Shown: piece by piece, positions 51,007 through 60,062 of the stretch | Numbering within the stretch: the first letter of the stretch is position 1 | Layout of the letters: every line of letters begins with the position of its first letter | Source: Candidatus Aldehydirespiratoraceae bacterium | GTDB taxonomy: Bacteria; Actinomycetota; Acidimicrobiia; Acidimicrobiales; Aldehydirespiratoraceae | Assembly: GCA_965221635.1 (NCBI GenBank) | Contig: OZ244902.1 | Coordinates: forward strand, 1 to 64,000 | DNA: 64,000 nucleotides | Direction: 5' to 3' | The notes under the pieces: generated by a model | Seen by the model: only the letters and a program-made list of their open reading frames with translations | Databases searched by the model: none | Told to the model about the DNA's origin: nothing | Translations under genes and position numbers: made by a program

Positions 51007-52326
51007 ATGCCGATGAACACTTGGCGCCCGTCCCCTGAGCGCGTGAGGCCCCCGCAACCGCCGCGGCTGCGTCGGGGCCGGTTGCGGCGCGTCGGCGGGT
51101 TGGTGCTGGTGGGGTTCGTGAGCGTCGCCGGGCTGCACGCCGCGCAAGTTGGAGCGCACGACGAATCCGAGCTCAACGAGCTGCGCGAGCAACGCCAGGA
51201 ACTCGCCCAGGCCCAGGCGCAGGCCGCCGCGGCGATCGACGTGGCCGAAGCCGACGCCGAAGATCTGGTGGACGCTCTCAACAAGGCCCAGGCCGCGGTG
51301 GACGCCCAAACCGCGGCGGTGGACGCAGCCGAACAAGCCGTGTTCGAAGCGGAGTACCGGCGACTGGAGGCCGAGGAGAGGGTCGCCGAATTGGAAACCG
51401 AGATGGCCCAAGCCCGCAAAACCATGCGTGAAGCGGTGATCAGGTCTTACATGACGTTCCAAACGCCGCAAGGTTCGGTGGGGGTGCTCGGCGACGACCT
51501 GTGGAGCAACGCCCGCGACGAGGCGCTGGCCGGTTACGCCACCGGCACACGCATCGACGACATTGACGTGCTGCGAACCCTCGGCGCGGGACTCGACGAG
51601 TACCGGGCCATCGCCGAGGAGGCCGCCGTGGAGGCCGAACAGCACCGCCACGACATGGCCGACCTTCTCGAGGATCTAACCGTTGCGCTCGAACAGGAAC
51701 GAACCCTCACCGAGCAAGCCGAGGCCAGGGTGGAGACCCGCCTGTACGAAGCGCAGGCGTTACGCGAACTCGACGCGGCGCTCGCGGCGGAGATCCTGCG
51801 CGAGGAGCGACTGGTGGCCGAGGCGATCGCCCGTGCCAGAGCCGAGGAAGAGGCACGACAGCGGGCCGCCGAGCAAGCAGCCGCGGCTGCCGCCGCCAAT
51901 CAGGCGCGTGAAGCCTCCGCTGCGCAGACACGCAGCGCGAGCTTCACGCTGGTGACGGTGCGGGGCATCGTGGTGAACGCGGACATCGCCACCGACACCG
52001 AGAACCTGCTCGCTGCGATGGAAGCCGAGGGTTTCGTGCTGGGTGGTGGCGGTTACCGAAGCCACCAGGCGCAAATCAACACCCGCAAACGCAACTGTGG
52101 CACGTCGGAGTACGCGATCTGGCAGATGCGGGCCAGTCAGTGCCGCCCGCCCACGGCGCGTCCCGGTTTCAGCGACCACGAGACCGGCAACGCCATCGAT
52201 TTCACCTACAACGGCCGGATCATCACCAGCCGCAGCAGCGCCGTGTTCCAAGCATTGGAGAGGGTCGCTCCCCAGCACGGCTTCGTGAACCTGCCAAGCG
52301 AACCCTGGCACTGGTCCAACACCTGA
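51007..52326 (+). CDS. Secreted coiled-coil protein with C-terminal peptidase M15B (VanY-like D,D-carboxypeptidase) domain
   Basis: N-terminal signal/TM segment, about 250 aa of Ala/Glu-rich coiled-coil, then the zinc-ligand motifs SxHxxGxAxD (SDHETGNAIDF) and a terminal EPWHW. Confidence 0.75.
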   Translation: MPMNTWRPSPERVRPPQPPRLRRGRLRRVGGLVLVGFVSVAGLHAAQVGAHDESELNELREQRQELAQAQAQAAAAIDVAEADAEDLVDALNKAQAAVDAQTAAVDAAEQAVFEAEYRRLEAEERVAELETEMAQARKTMREAVIRSYMTFQTPQGSVGVLGDDLWSNARDEALAGYATGTRIDDIDVLRTLGAGLDEYRAIAEEAAVEAEQHRHDMADLLEDLTVALEQERTLTEQAEARVETRLYEAQALRELDAALAAEILREERLVAEAIARARAEEEARQRAAEQAAAAAAANQAREASAAQTRSASFTLVTVRGIVVNADIATDTENLLAAMEAEGFVLGGGGYRSHQAQINTRKRNCGTSEYAIWQMRASQCRPPTARPGFSDHETGNAIDFTYNGRIITSRSSAVFQALERVAPQHGFVNLPSEPWHWSNT

Positions 52327-52370
52327 CGCTCCGCCCCTCGCGGGCGGGGTTACCCCTGCCGGGGGTTACC

Positions 52371-53150
52371 TCAGCCGGTGTGGGTCCACTGGGCTTGGCG
52401 CTTCTCCAGGAACGCCTTGGGCCATTCGGCGCCGTCGCCGGTGGCCGCTGAGCGGGCCATCACGTCGATGGCGAAGTCGTAGGCGTCCCCGATGGGCATG
52501 TCCATCTGGCGGTACAACGACTGCTTGCCGACGCCCTTGGAGTAGCGGCTGCCCCTGGTGGCGCGGCGCAACAGGTCACGAGCCTCCGCTTCGAGCCGGT
52601 CGGCGGGCACCACCCGGTTCACCAGACCCCAGTCGAGCGCCGTGGCGGCGTCGATCACGTCGCCCGTGAGGGCAAGCTCGGCGGCGCGTTTGCGTCCGAT
52701 GGGTCGAGCGACGGCCACCATCGGCGTGTGGCAGAACAGCCCGCCCTTGCCGCCGGGGGTGGCGAACCCGGCGCCTTCGGCCGCCACCACCAGATCGGCG
52801 CTGGCAGCGAGTTGCGCGCCGGCGGCGGTGGCCAGCCCCTGCACCTGGGCCACCACCACCTGTGGGATTTCGGCCATGGCCATCATCGCCGAGGAGCACA
52901 CCGAGAAAAGGTCACGAAGCCCTTCCTCGCCCATGTCTCGCATTTCGGCCAGGTCGTGGCCCGAAGAGAACACCGGCCCGGTGGAGGCCAACACGATCCC
53001 CGAAGCGGTGGAGTCGTCACCCACGGTGCGCAAGGCGTGGTCGAGTTCCTTCAGCACCCCCGAGGACAGGCAGTTGCGCCGTTCGGGACGGTTGAGCGTG
53101 ATCGTCACATGATCACCCTCACGTTCGCAAAGCAGGTTTTGGTATTCCAT
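52371..53150 (-). CDS. Enoyl-CoA hydratase/isomerase family protein
   Basis: Crotonase fold with motifs VITLNRPERRN and FSSGHDL. Confidence 0.85.
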   Translation of the reverse strand: MEYQNLLCEREGDHVTITLNRPERRNCLSSGVLKELDHALRTVGDDSTASGIVLASTGPVFSSGHDLAEMRDMGEEGLRDLFSVCSSAMMAMAEIPQVVVAQVQGLATAAGAQLAASADLVVAAEGAGFATPGGKGGLFCHTPMVAVARPIGRKRAAELALTGDVIDAATALDWGLVNRVVPADRLEAEARDLLRRATRGSRYSKGVGKQSLYRQMDMPIGDAYDFAIDVMARSAATGDGAEWPKAFLEKRQAQWTHTG

Positions 53151-53420
53151 CGCTCGGCAGTCCTTCCGGTTGGTGTTGGCCGTCAGATCGGTCGGGTGGT
53201 TGCGCGCATTCGGAGCGTCCGGGTGCGGCCCCCGACCCGAAGCGACCCTGTCACCTTAGACGCACCCGAGTGTCACCCGAGCGCCCAGCCGGCCCGCAAG
53301 CCGGACGAGCCCGGCGCCGCCACTTGTGATCAGTCAGGCGTGCCATGGGTTCGCAACGCCCAGCCTGCGCGTCACCCCGGCAGAAACCTGGCGGGCCGAC
53401 ATCGTCCCCGCTCGTCACGG

Positions 53421-54398
53421 CTAGCCGGCCAGGGCGGGCAGCACCTTGTCCACGGTGAGTTGCACGCTTGACCAGGCTTCGTCTATCGGCATTCCGCCCA
53501 CCAGGGGATGCAACCCGAGCGCGCCGTTGGTGCGGCCCAACTCCACCGCCTCGGCGGGGGTGAGCACCTGGTAGATCCGCTCCGCTCGCAGCTCTTCGGC
53601 GGTGGTTGCGTCCGAGCACACCGCGGAGGTTTGCCCTTCGGGCTGCCACTGCTTGTAGCTCATCGCTTCGAGCATGAAACAGTCGCCGTAAAGGTCCCAC
53701 ACCCGATCCGGGTCTTCGGCCACGTGCAACATCACCACGTTTTCGGGTTTCACGCAAAAGCCCTGAGTGCCGTGCTTTTCGCATTCGGCGTAGTACAGGG
53801 CCTCGATTTCGTCGAACTTGCCGGGAAGCTGCAACGGCAGGCCCAGGCGTGCCGCCCTGCGAGCCGACGCCTTCGCGGAGCCGCCCACCAACACCATCGG
53901 ATGGGGCCGGGTGTAGGGCATCGGCATCACCTGCACCATTTCGCCGTTGTACTCGAAGGGCTCGCCCTTCCAGGCGGTGATCATCACCTCCAGCGCCTCC
54001 TCGCACGCAGCACCCCGACGCTTCCATTCCTTGTTCATCGCCGCGTACTCCACGGGGCGGTAACCGATGCCCACACACACCGCCAGGCGCCCCCGGCCCA
54101 CCAGGTCGAGCACGGCGATGTCCTCCGCCGCACGGATCGGGTCGTGCAGCGGCAACAACAACGCCGAGAGGCTCACCAACAGGTTCTCGGTGTTGGACAG
54201 CATCATCCCCGCAGTGAGCAACGGGTTGGGGCTCCATCCCATCGGGTTGCTGTGGTGCTCCTCGAGGGACACCGCGTTGAATCCGCGGCTGTCCACCCAT
54301 CGGGCCAGTTCCACCCCGGCGCGGTAGCGGTCGCTCATCGCTTCGCCGTCGGAGGGATCCGGGGACATGAAATTGAAACGCATCAGTGTGTAGGCCAT
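53421..54398 (-). CDS. LLM-class flavin-dependent oxidoreductase
   Basis: Luciferase-like family member of 325 aa. Confidence 0.85.
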   Translation of the reverse strand: MAYTLMRFNFMSPDPSDGEAMSDRYRAGVELARWVDSRGFNAVSLEEHHSNPMGWSPNPLLTAGMMLSNTENLLVSLSALLLPLHDPIRAAEDIAVLDLVGRGRLAVCVGIGYRPVEYAAMNKEWKRRGAACEEALEVMITAWKGEPFEYNGEMVQVMPMPYTRPHPMVLVGGSAKASARRAARLGLPLQLPGKFDEIEALYYAECEKHGTQGFCVKPENVVMLHVAEDPDRVWDLYGDCFMLEAMSYKQWQPEGQTSAVCSDATTAEELRAERIYQVLTPAEAVELGRTNGALGLHPLVGGMPIDEAWSSVQLTVDKVLPALAG

Positions 54399-54471
54399 GG
54401 CTCAGTCTGCCCCGCGCAACCCCTGGCCCCAAGCCTCAGTTGGCGCAGTCACCGCCGTGGGGGCGATGCGT

Positions 54472-56208
54472 TCAGGGGACGAGGCCGGCGGTGTGCATCT
54501 GATCCACGGCGCTCACCACCGCGCGAAGCGACGCCGACACGATCGATTCGTGCAGGCCCACACCCCAGGTGCTGCGACGGCCGCCCGTCTCAACCTCCAC
54601 GTAAGCCGCGGCGGTGGCGTCGCTGCCCTTGCCGATGGAGTGCTCGTAGTAGTCCACCAGCTTGCCCACGAACAAACCGGCTTCGCTGAGCGCCGCCACG
54701 AAAGCGTCGATCGGGCCGTTGCCGGTTCCGTGCAGGGTGCGCTCCTCGCCACCCACACGCAGACGTGCCTCCATCTTGGTGCTGCCGGCGCCGAGAGTGT
54801 CGGTAACCGAACGGTGACCGATCAGTTCGATCCAGCGACCCTCGGGTTCCACGTAGGTGCCGTTGAACAGCCGGTGGATCTCATATGAGGTGATCTCGGT
54901 GCCGGTGTCCTCGGTGACGGTTTGGATCTTCTTGGAGAAGTCCACCTGCAAACCCCGCGGCAGGTCCAGGCCGTACTGGTGCAGCAGCACGTAGGCCACG
55001 CCGCCCTTGCCGGACTGGCTGTTCACCCTCACCACCGCTTCGTAGCTGCGCCCCAGGTGACGGGGATCCACCGGCAGGTACGGCACGTCCCACTGGTCGT
55101 AGTCGCCCACCAGCGCCTCGCCGGGGGCCACGTCGTACAGGGCGGCCATGCCCTTTTTGATGGCGTCCTGGTGGCTGCCAGAAAAGGCGGTGTACACCAG
55201 GTCTCCAACGTAGGGGTGACGTTCGGGGACGGTCATCCGGTTGGCGTACTCGAACACCCGCCGGGCTTCGGTGATGTCGCTGATGTCCAGTTCGGGATCC
55301 ACGCCCTGGGTGAACAGGTTCAGCGCGATGGTCACCACGTCCACGTTGCCGGTGCGTTCGCCGTTGCCGAACAGGGTGCCCTCCACACGGTCGGCGCCTG
55401 CCATGATCCCGAACTCGGCCGCGGCCACCGCGGTGCCGCGGTCGTTGTGCGGGTGAAGCGACAGCACGATCGAGTCACGGTCGCGAATGTCGCGGTGGAA
55501 GCGTTCGATCATGTCGCCGTACAGGTTGGGGGTGGACATTTCCACCGTGGCGGGCAGGTTCAGGATCAGCGGCCAGTCCGGTGTGGGGCCGATCACGTCC
55601 ATCACCGCTTCGCACACCTCCACCGAGAAGTCGCATTCGGTGCCGGTGTAGCTCTCGGGCGAGTACTCGAAGCGGATGCCCTCGGCGTCGCCACGTGCCT
55701 GGGCGCGTTGCAGTTCTCGCATGCACTGCTCGGCGCCGTTCACGGCGATGGCCACGATCCCGGCCCGGTCGGTGTCGAACACCACCCGTCGCTGGGTCAC
55801 CGACGTGGAGTTGTACAGGTGAACGATCGCCCTGGGCGCGCCGACGATTGCCTCGAAGGTGCGTGCGATCTGCTCGTCTCGGGCTTGGGTGAGCACCTGG
55901 ATGGTGACATGATCGGGGATCAGGTCGCTTTCGATGATGTGGCGACAGAAATCGAAGTCCGGCTGCGATGCCGCGGGGAACCCCACCTCGATCTCGGTGA
56001 AGCCCATGGCCACTAGATGGTCGTACATGCGCTGCTTGCGGGCGATGTCCATCGGGTCGACAAGGGCCTGGTTGCCGTCGCGCAGGTCAACTGAGCACCA
56101 AAGCGGCGCCTTGGTGATGCGCCGGTCGGGCCAGGTGCGATCCGCGAGATCCACCTGGGGATAGGGCCGGTACTTGGTGAACGGCATCTTGTTGGCGACT
56201 GCGTTCAT
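54472..56208 (-). CDS. leuA: 2-isopropylmalate synthase (long actinobacterial form)
   Basis: HMGL-like catalytic domain (LRDGNQ, HxH) plus the C-terminal LeuA dimerisation/regulatory domain. The ATG at 56208 is preceded by GGAGATGAGACG. Confidence 0.92.
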   Translation of the reverse strand: MNAVANKMPFTKYRPYPQVDLADRTWPDRRITKAPLWCSVDLRDGNQALVDPMDIARKQRMYDHLVAMGFTEIEVGFPAASQPDFDFCRHIIESDLIPDHVTIQVLTQARDEQIARTFEAIVGAPRAIVHLYNSTSVTQRRVVFDTDRAGIVAIAVNGAEQCMRELQRAQARGDAEGIRFEYSPESYTGTECDFSVEVCEAVMDVIGPTPDWPLILNLPATVEMSTPNLYGDMIERFHRDIRDRDSIVLSLHPHNDRGTAVAAAEFGIMAGADRVEGTLFGNGERTGNVDVVTIALNLFTQGVDPELDISDITEARRVFEYANRMTVPERHPYVGDLVYTAFSGSHQDAIKKGMAALYDVAPGEALVGDYDQWDVPYLPVDPRHLGRSYEAVVRVNSQSGKGGVAYVLLHQYGLDLPRGLQVDFSKKIQTVTEDTGTEITSYEIHRLFNGTYVEPEGRWIELIGHRSVTDTLGAGSTKMEARLRVGGEERTLHGTGNGPIDAFVAALSEAGLFVGKLVDYYEHSIGKGSDATAAAYVEVETGGRRSTWGVGLHESIVSASLRAVVSAVDQMHTAGLVP

Positions 56209-56440
56209 CGTCTCATCTCCTGGGGTGGTGTGGGTTGGTTCCGCCGTGGCGGTTGTGGTTGTGACTGTTGCCTCGGCGCCGGGGGTGAGCGTTGGGCTCG
56301 TTCCGGCGCCTGTACGCGAAAATCCCCCTGGCCGGATGGCACAAGGGGATTCGGGCGAGCACCGTATGTGTGGTGCTCGCCTACATGAGAGCGAGGATGG
56401 TTGAGGCGCTGTTCACTTCCACGGGCCACACCCTAGCCGC
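56209..56440 (-). promoter_or_regulatory. leuA 5' leader with candidate short leader ORF and stem-loops (putative attenuator)
   Basis: The minus-strand leader holds a GTG-initiated 11-codon ORF, VNSASTILALM*. It is followed at once by a perfect 10-bp-stem hairpin GGCGAGCACC-n8-GGTGCTCGCC (plus-strand 56354-56381). A second inverted repeat AATCCCC/GGGGATT follows at 56323-56351. Confidence 0.3.
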
Positions 56441-56446
56441 GGCCTG

Positions 56447-57391
56447 ATGTGGCAGGCAACCTCGCGCCACGCCGCCGGGAGGCGCAGGGCCGGGGGTGCG
56501 TGTCGGTGGGTTTTGGGCCATCATTGGGGTGTGAGTTTTCTGGTGTGGGACGCCGACCTTCCCGAGTTGGACGCGCCGGTGATGGTGACGGCGTTTCGGG
56601 GATGGTTCGACGTGGGCGGCGCCGCCACCGGCGCGGTGGAATGGCTCAGCGAACGATCGGGTTCGATGCAGGTGGCTCACATCGATCCCGAGGAGTTCTT
56701 CGACTTCACCGAGGAGCGGCCCCTCACCCGCATCGTTGACGGTGAGCGTGAGATCAAGTGGCCGGCCATCGACATTCACGCCCACAGGGCGCCAAGCGGG
56801 CGCGACCTGGTGATGGTGGTGGGCGTGGAGCCGCACCTGCGCTGGCGGGCCTTCGCGGAGATCATGGCCGATGTGGCCTCACGCACCGAGGCGTCGATGG
56901 TGGTGACCCTTGGCGCGCACATTTCAGACGTTCCCCACACCCGCCCGTTCGCGGTGGCGGGGTCGGCTTCGGATCCCGACCTGGCCAAGACTTTGGGTTT
57001 GGAGCTTCCCAGCTACGAGGGCCCCACCGGAGTGGTGGGTGTGCTGCACGAACGCTTCGAGAAGATGAGCCTTTCGGCGGTGTCGCTGCGCACCGGCGTG
57101 CCGCATTACGTGACAGGTTCGCCCAACCCGAAGGCGTCGCGGGCGCTGCTGGAGCGCTTCGAGCGGATCACCGGCATGCCCACCGGGTGGGCCAAGCTCG
57201 ACGACGCCGCCGAGCAATGGGAACAGAAGGTGAACGAGGCGATGCTCGAGGACGACGACGTGGTGGCCTACGTGCGCCGCCTGGAGTCCCGTGCCGACAA
57301 GCGTGCCGCGGGGGCGGTTCCCAGCCCCGATGACCTCGCCGCCGAGTTCGAGCGCTTCTTGAAGAACCAGGCCAACCAGGACGACATCTGA
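56447..57391 (+). CDS. PAC2 (proteasome assembly chaperone) family protein
   Basis: PAC2-family ATP-grasp-like fold. The true start is probably downstream of 56447 (GTG near 56530). Confidence 0.7.
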   Translation: MWQATSRHAAGRRRAGGACRWVLGHHWGVSFLVWDADLPELDAPVMVTAFRGWFDVGGAATGAVEWLSERSGSMQVAHIDPEEFFDFTEERPLTRIVDGEREIKWPAIDIHAHRAPSGRDLVMVVGVEPHLRWRAFAEIMADVASRTEASMVVTLGAHISDVPHTRPFAVAGSASDPDLAKTLGLELPSYEGPTGVVGVLHERFEKMSLSAVSLRTGVPHYVTGSPNPKASRALLERFERITGMPTGWAKLDDAAEQWEQKVNEAMLEDDDVVAYVRRLESRADKRAAGAVPSPDDLAAEFERFLKNQANQDDI

Positions 57392-57575
57392 CCGGCCGCG
57401 GTTGCCGGTGGTGACCGGTGGCCGGCCACAGCGCAGCATGCCTGGTGGGCCTGCGCTCACGGGGCTCAACTCGCACAGGGCGCACGGCAGACTCAGCGAT
57501 CAGAGAAGAACCAGGAAACGAAGAGCCAGGAAGAGAAGCACCAGAAAAAGCAGAACCAGGAGAGGTGGACCGGAG

Positions 57576-58052
57576 ATGAGCGTTGAAGCGGCTGCCGCGG
57601 GCGGTGAGGCGGTGGCTATTCACAGAGGGGCTCAGGAGATGCCTTGGGCCGATGCCGGTGGTGGTGTGGAGTTGAAGGTGCTCATGGTGCGCGCCGACGA
57701 GGGCCTGTGGGTGGTTCAGAACCGGTTCGCTGCGGGGGTGGTGGTGCAGAAGCATCGTCACACCGGCCCGGTGTACGGCTACACCGTGAGCGGCGCCTGG
57801 AAGTACGCCGAGTACCCGGAGGTCAACCGCGCCGGGTCTTTCCTGTTCGAACCGGCCGGCAGCGTTCACACCCTCACGGTGCTGGAAGCCAACACCGAGG
57901 CGACCGAGGTGTGGTTCCACATGTACGGCGTGAACCTCAACCTCGACGCCGAGGGCAACGTGGAGTCGGTAACCGACGGGCCTGGTGTGCTGGCCGCCTA
58001 CCGAGCCCTGTGCGAAGCCCAAGGCCTGCCCCGCCCCAACGTCATCACCTGA
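57576..58052 (+). CDS. Cupin-domain protein (2,4'-dihydroxyacetophenone dioxygenase-like)
   Basis: Cupin motifs HRHTGPVYGYTVSGAW and FEPAGSVHT. The start is set at ATG 57576. An in-frame upstream extension to 57402 would add an Arg/Lys-rich N-terminus. Confidence 0.7.
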   Translation: MSVEAAAAGGEAVAIHRGAQEMPWADAGGGVELKVLMVRADEGLWVVQNRFAAGVVVQKHRHTGPVYGYTVSGAWKYAEYPEVNRAGSFLFEPAGSVHTLTVLEANTEATEVWFHMYGVNLNLDAEGNVESVTDGPGVLAAYRALCEAQGLPRPNVIT

Positions 58053-58099
58053 GAGCGCCGCCCCTGATCTGGCCGCGCCTCATCAACCGCCACTGATCA

Positions 58100-58206
58100 G
58101 CGGGAGACATTGAGCCTCACCGGCTGACCGGTCACAATTGCGCACCGGTCACCCAGGGCGGCCAGCTCTCTTAGCGGGTGACATTGAGCCTCACCGGCTG
58201 ATCCGG
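58100..58206. repeat. Two copies of a roughly 33-bp direct repeat (agcggg[a/t]gacattgagcctcaccggctga[c/t]ccgg), spaced about 73 bp apart
   Basis: Read in the convergent intergenic region between the cupin gene and the SDR gene. Confidence 0.75.
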
Positions 58207-58290
58207 TTGCAACTGCCGCGCAGCGGCCTGCGTGGTTGTTGTGCCCGGTTGGTGGAGACGGTCCACCGCGGCCGGCCAGGTCGCGGCTTG

Positions 58291-59130
58291 TCACATGGCG
58301 AAGGTGCCGTCCTGGCGCACCTTCCAGGATGCTGCGGCGACGGTTCCTCCGTCCACGGGTATCGACGAGCCGGTCACGAAACCGGCCATGTCCGACGCCA
58401 GGAACACGATCACCGCGGCGCACTCGTCGGGGGTGGCCATGCGACGCAGCGGCGTGGGGTGCAGGCCCTCGATCATCGCCGAGGACACCTCCGCGAGGCC
58501 GGCGTCACCGGGGGTGGCGATCATGTCGGGCGCCACGCAGTTCACCCGTATGCCGCGGTCGCCAAGTTCGAGCGCAATGGATTGCGTGAACTGGGTGACC
58601 GCTGCTTTCATGGCGGCGTACACGGCGAAGCCGGGAGCGGCGTGATAGGCCTCCACCGAGGTGACGTTCACAATCGACGCGCCTTGTGCCATGAGCGGCA
58701 CGCCGTGACGGACACAGTTGGTGACGCTGGTGAAGTTCTCGGCCACAAGGGTGGCTTCGCCTTTGGGTGACACCTGATCGAACGGCGCCCAGAATCCGCC
58801 GCCCACGTTGTTCACCAACGTGTCGATCGGCCCCAACTCGCTGTGTACACGCCCAAGGAAGCCGGCCACGGCGTCGCCGTCGCGTCCGTCGAGCACGTCG
58901 CTCACGCAGCGCCGTCCCGCCGATTCGACCTGGGCGACCACTTCGGGCAGCGCTTCGGGGTTCATGTCGAACACGGCCACATCAGCGCCAAAGCGGGCCA
59001 ACGCCACCGCGGTGGCAGCGCCGATGCCCTGCGCCGCGCCGGTGACCACAGCCACCCTGTTTGTGAGCAGGATGCTCTGGGGTGTGAGATCCATAAGTTC
59101 GCCGCCCGCGTAGCCACCTGGGAGTGCCAA
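58291..59130 (-). CDS. SDR family oxidoreductase
   Basis: Motifs VVTGAAQGIGAA and YAAMKAA. An alternative start lies at M13. Confidence 0.85.
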   Translation of the reverse strand: MALPGGYAGGELMDLTPQSILLTNRVAVVTGAAQGIGAATAVALARFGADVAVFDMNPEALPEVVAQVESAGRRCVSDVLDGRDGDAVAGFLGRVHSELGPIDTLVNNVGGGFWAPFDQVSPKGEATLVAENFTSVTNCVRHGVPLMAQGASIVNVTSVEAYHAAPGFAVYAAMKAAVTQFTQSIALELGDRGIRVNCVAPDMIATPGDAGLAEVSSAMIEGLHPTPLRRMATPDECAAVIVFLASDMAGFVTGSSIPVDGGTVAAASWKVRQDGTFAM

Positions 59131-59251
59131 TTCCTACCCCCGCACCCCCAAATCACCAACACCCCGACGTGGCGACCAGTGTCGTAGGGTGCCGGTGGAA
59201 TTGATCACACCTGGTGGTGGGAATCCTACCGCAGAGCGAAAGGGACGCGTC

Positions 59252-60031
59252 ATGGGAGAGTTCGTGCGAGTGGAGCCGGGGCCTGCGGGGGTTGTGACGA
59301 TCCGCCTCGACCGGCCAAAGGTGAACGCCATCAACGACCAGCTCACCTCCGAGCTGGCAGAAGTGGCCGCGCAGGTGGCCGCCGATGGCGACATTCGAGC
59401 CGTTGTTGTGTGGGGCGGGCCCAGGATTTTCGCCGCGGGCGCCGACATCGGCGGCTTCACCGGGCTGAGCCCCCAGCAGGGCCAGGCGCTGTCCAAGAGG
59501 ATCAACAACGCCTTGCTGGCCCTCGAGGGGCTTCCCCAAATCACGATCGCCGCGGTGAACGGCTACGCGCTCGGTGGCGGCATGGAGCTGGCGATGTCCA
59601 CGGAGTTTCGGGTGGCCGCGGATGACGCCACTTTCGGTCAGCCTGAGATCTTGCTGGGGATCATCCCCGGCGGCGGCGGCACGCAGCGCCTGCCGCGGCT
59701 GGTGGGGATCACCAAGGCCAAGGAGATCATCTACACCGGACGCCAGGTGAGCGCCTCCGAGGCGCTCGACATCGGCCTGGTGTCGTCACTGCACCCCGCC
59801 GAGGACGTTCACGAAGCCGCCCTGGACCTGGCCGCCGGCTACGCAGCAGGCCCCGCCGCGCTGCGAATGGCCAAACAATCCATCATGGACAGCCTCACCC
59901 TGCCCCTTGCCGAGGGCGTGGCCCGCGAAGCGGAACACTTCGGCGCCTGCTTCACCACCAGCGACGCCACAACAGGCATCGAGAGCTTCCTGAAGCAAGG
60001 CCCAGGCAAAGCCGCCTTCACAGGCCACTAA
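59252..60031 (+). CDS. Enoyl-CoA hydratase
   Basis: Crotonase motifs FAAGADI and AAVNGYALGGGMELA. ATG at 59252. Confidence 0.85.
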   Translation: MGEFVRVEPGPAGVVTIRLDRPKVNAINDQLTSELAEVAAQVAADGDIRAVVVWGGPRIFAAGADIGGFTGLSPQQGQALSKRINNALLALEGLPQITIAAVNGYALGGGMELAMSTEFRVAADDATFGQPEILLGIIPGGGGTQRLPRLVGITKAKEIIYTGRQVSASEALDIGLVSSLHPAEDVHEAALDLAAGYAAGPAALRMAKQSIMDSLTLPLAEGVAREAEHFGACFTTSDATTGIESFLKQGPGKAAFTGH

Positions 60032-60062
60032 CCCTCACCCCCACCGGGGCAGCGGGGCTGGG

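Noticed and set aside
54922-56016. 364-aa plus-strand ORF
   Set aside because: Antisense to leuA.
56205-56429. 74-aa minus-strand ORF upstream of leuA
   Set aside because: Pro/Gln/Arg-rich composition. It overlaps the leuA RBS and start. The region is better explained as a structured leader.
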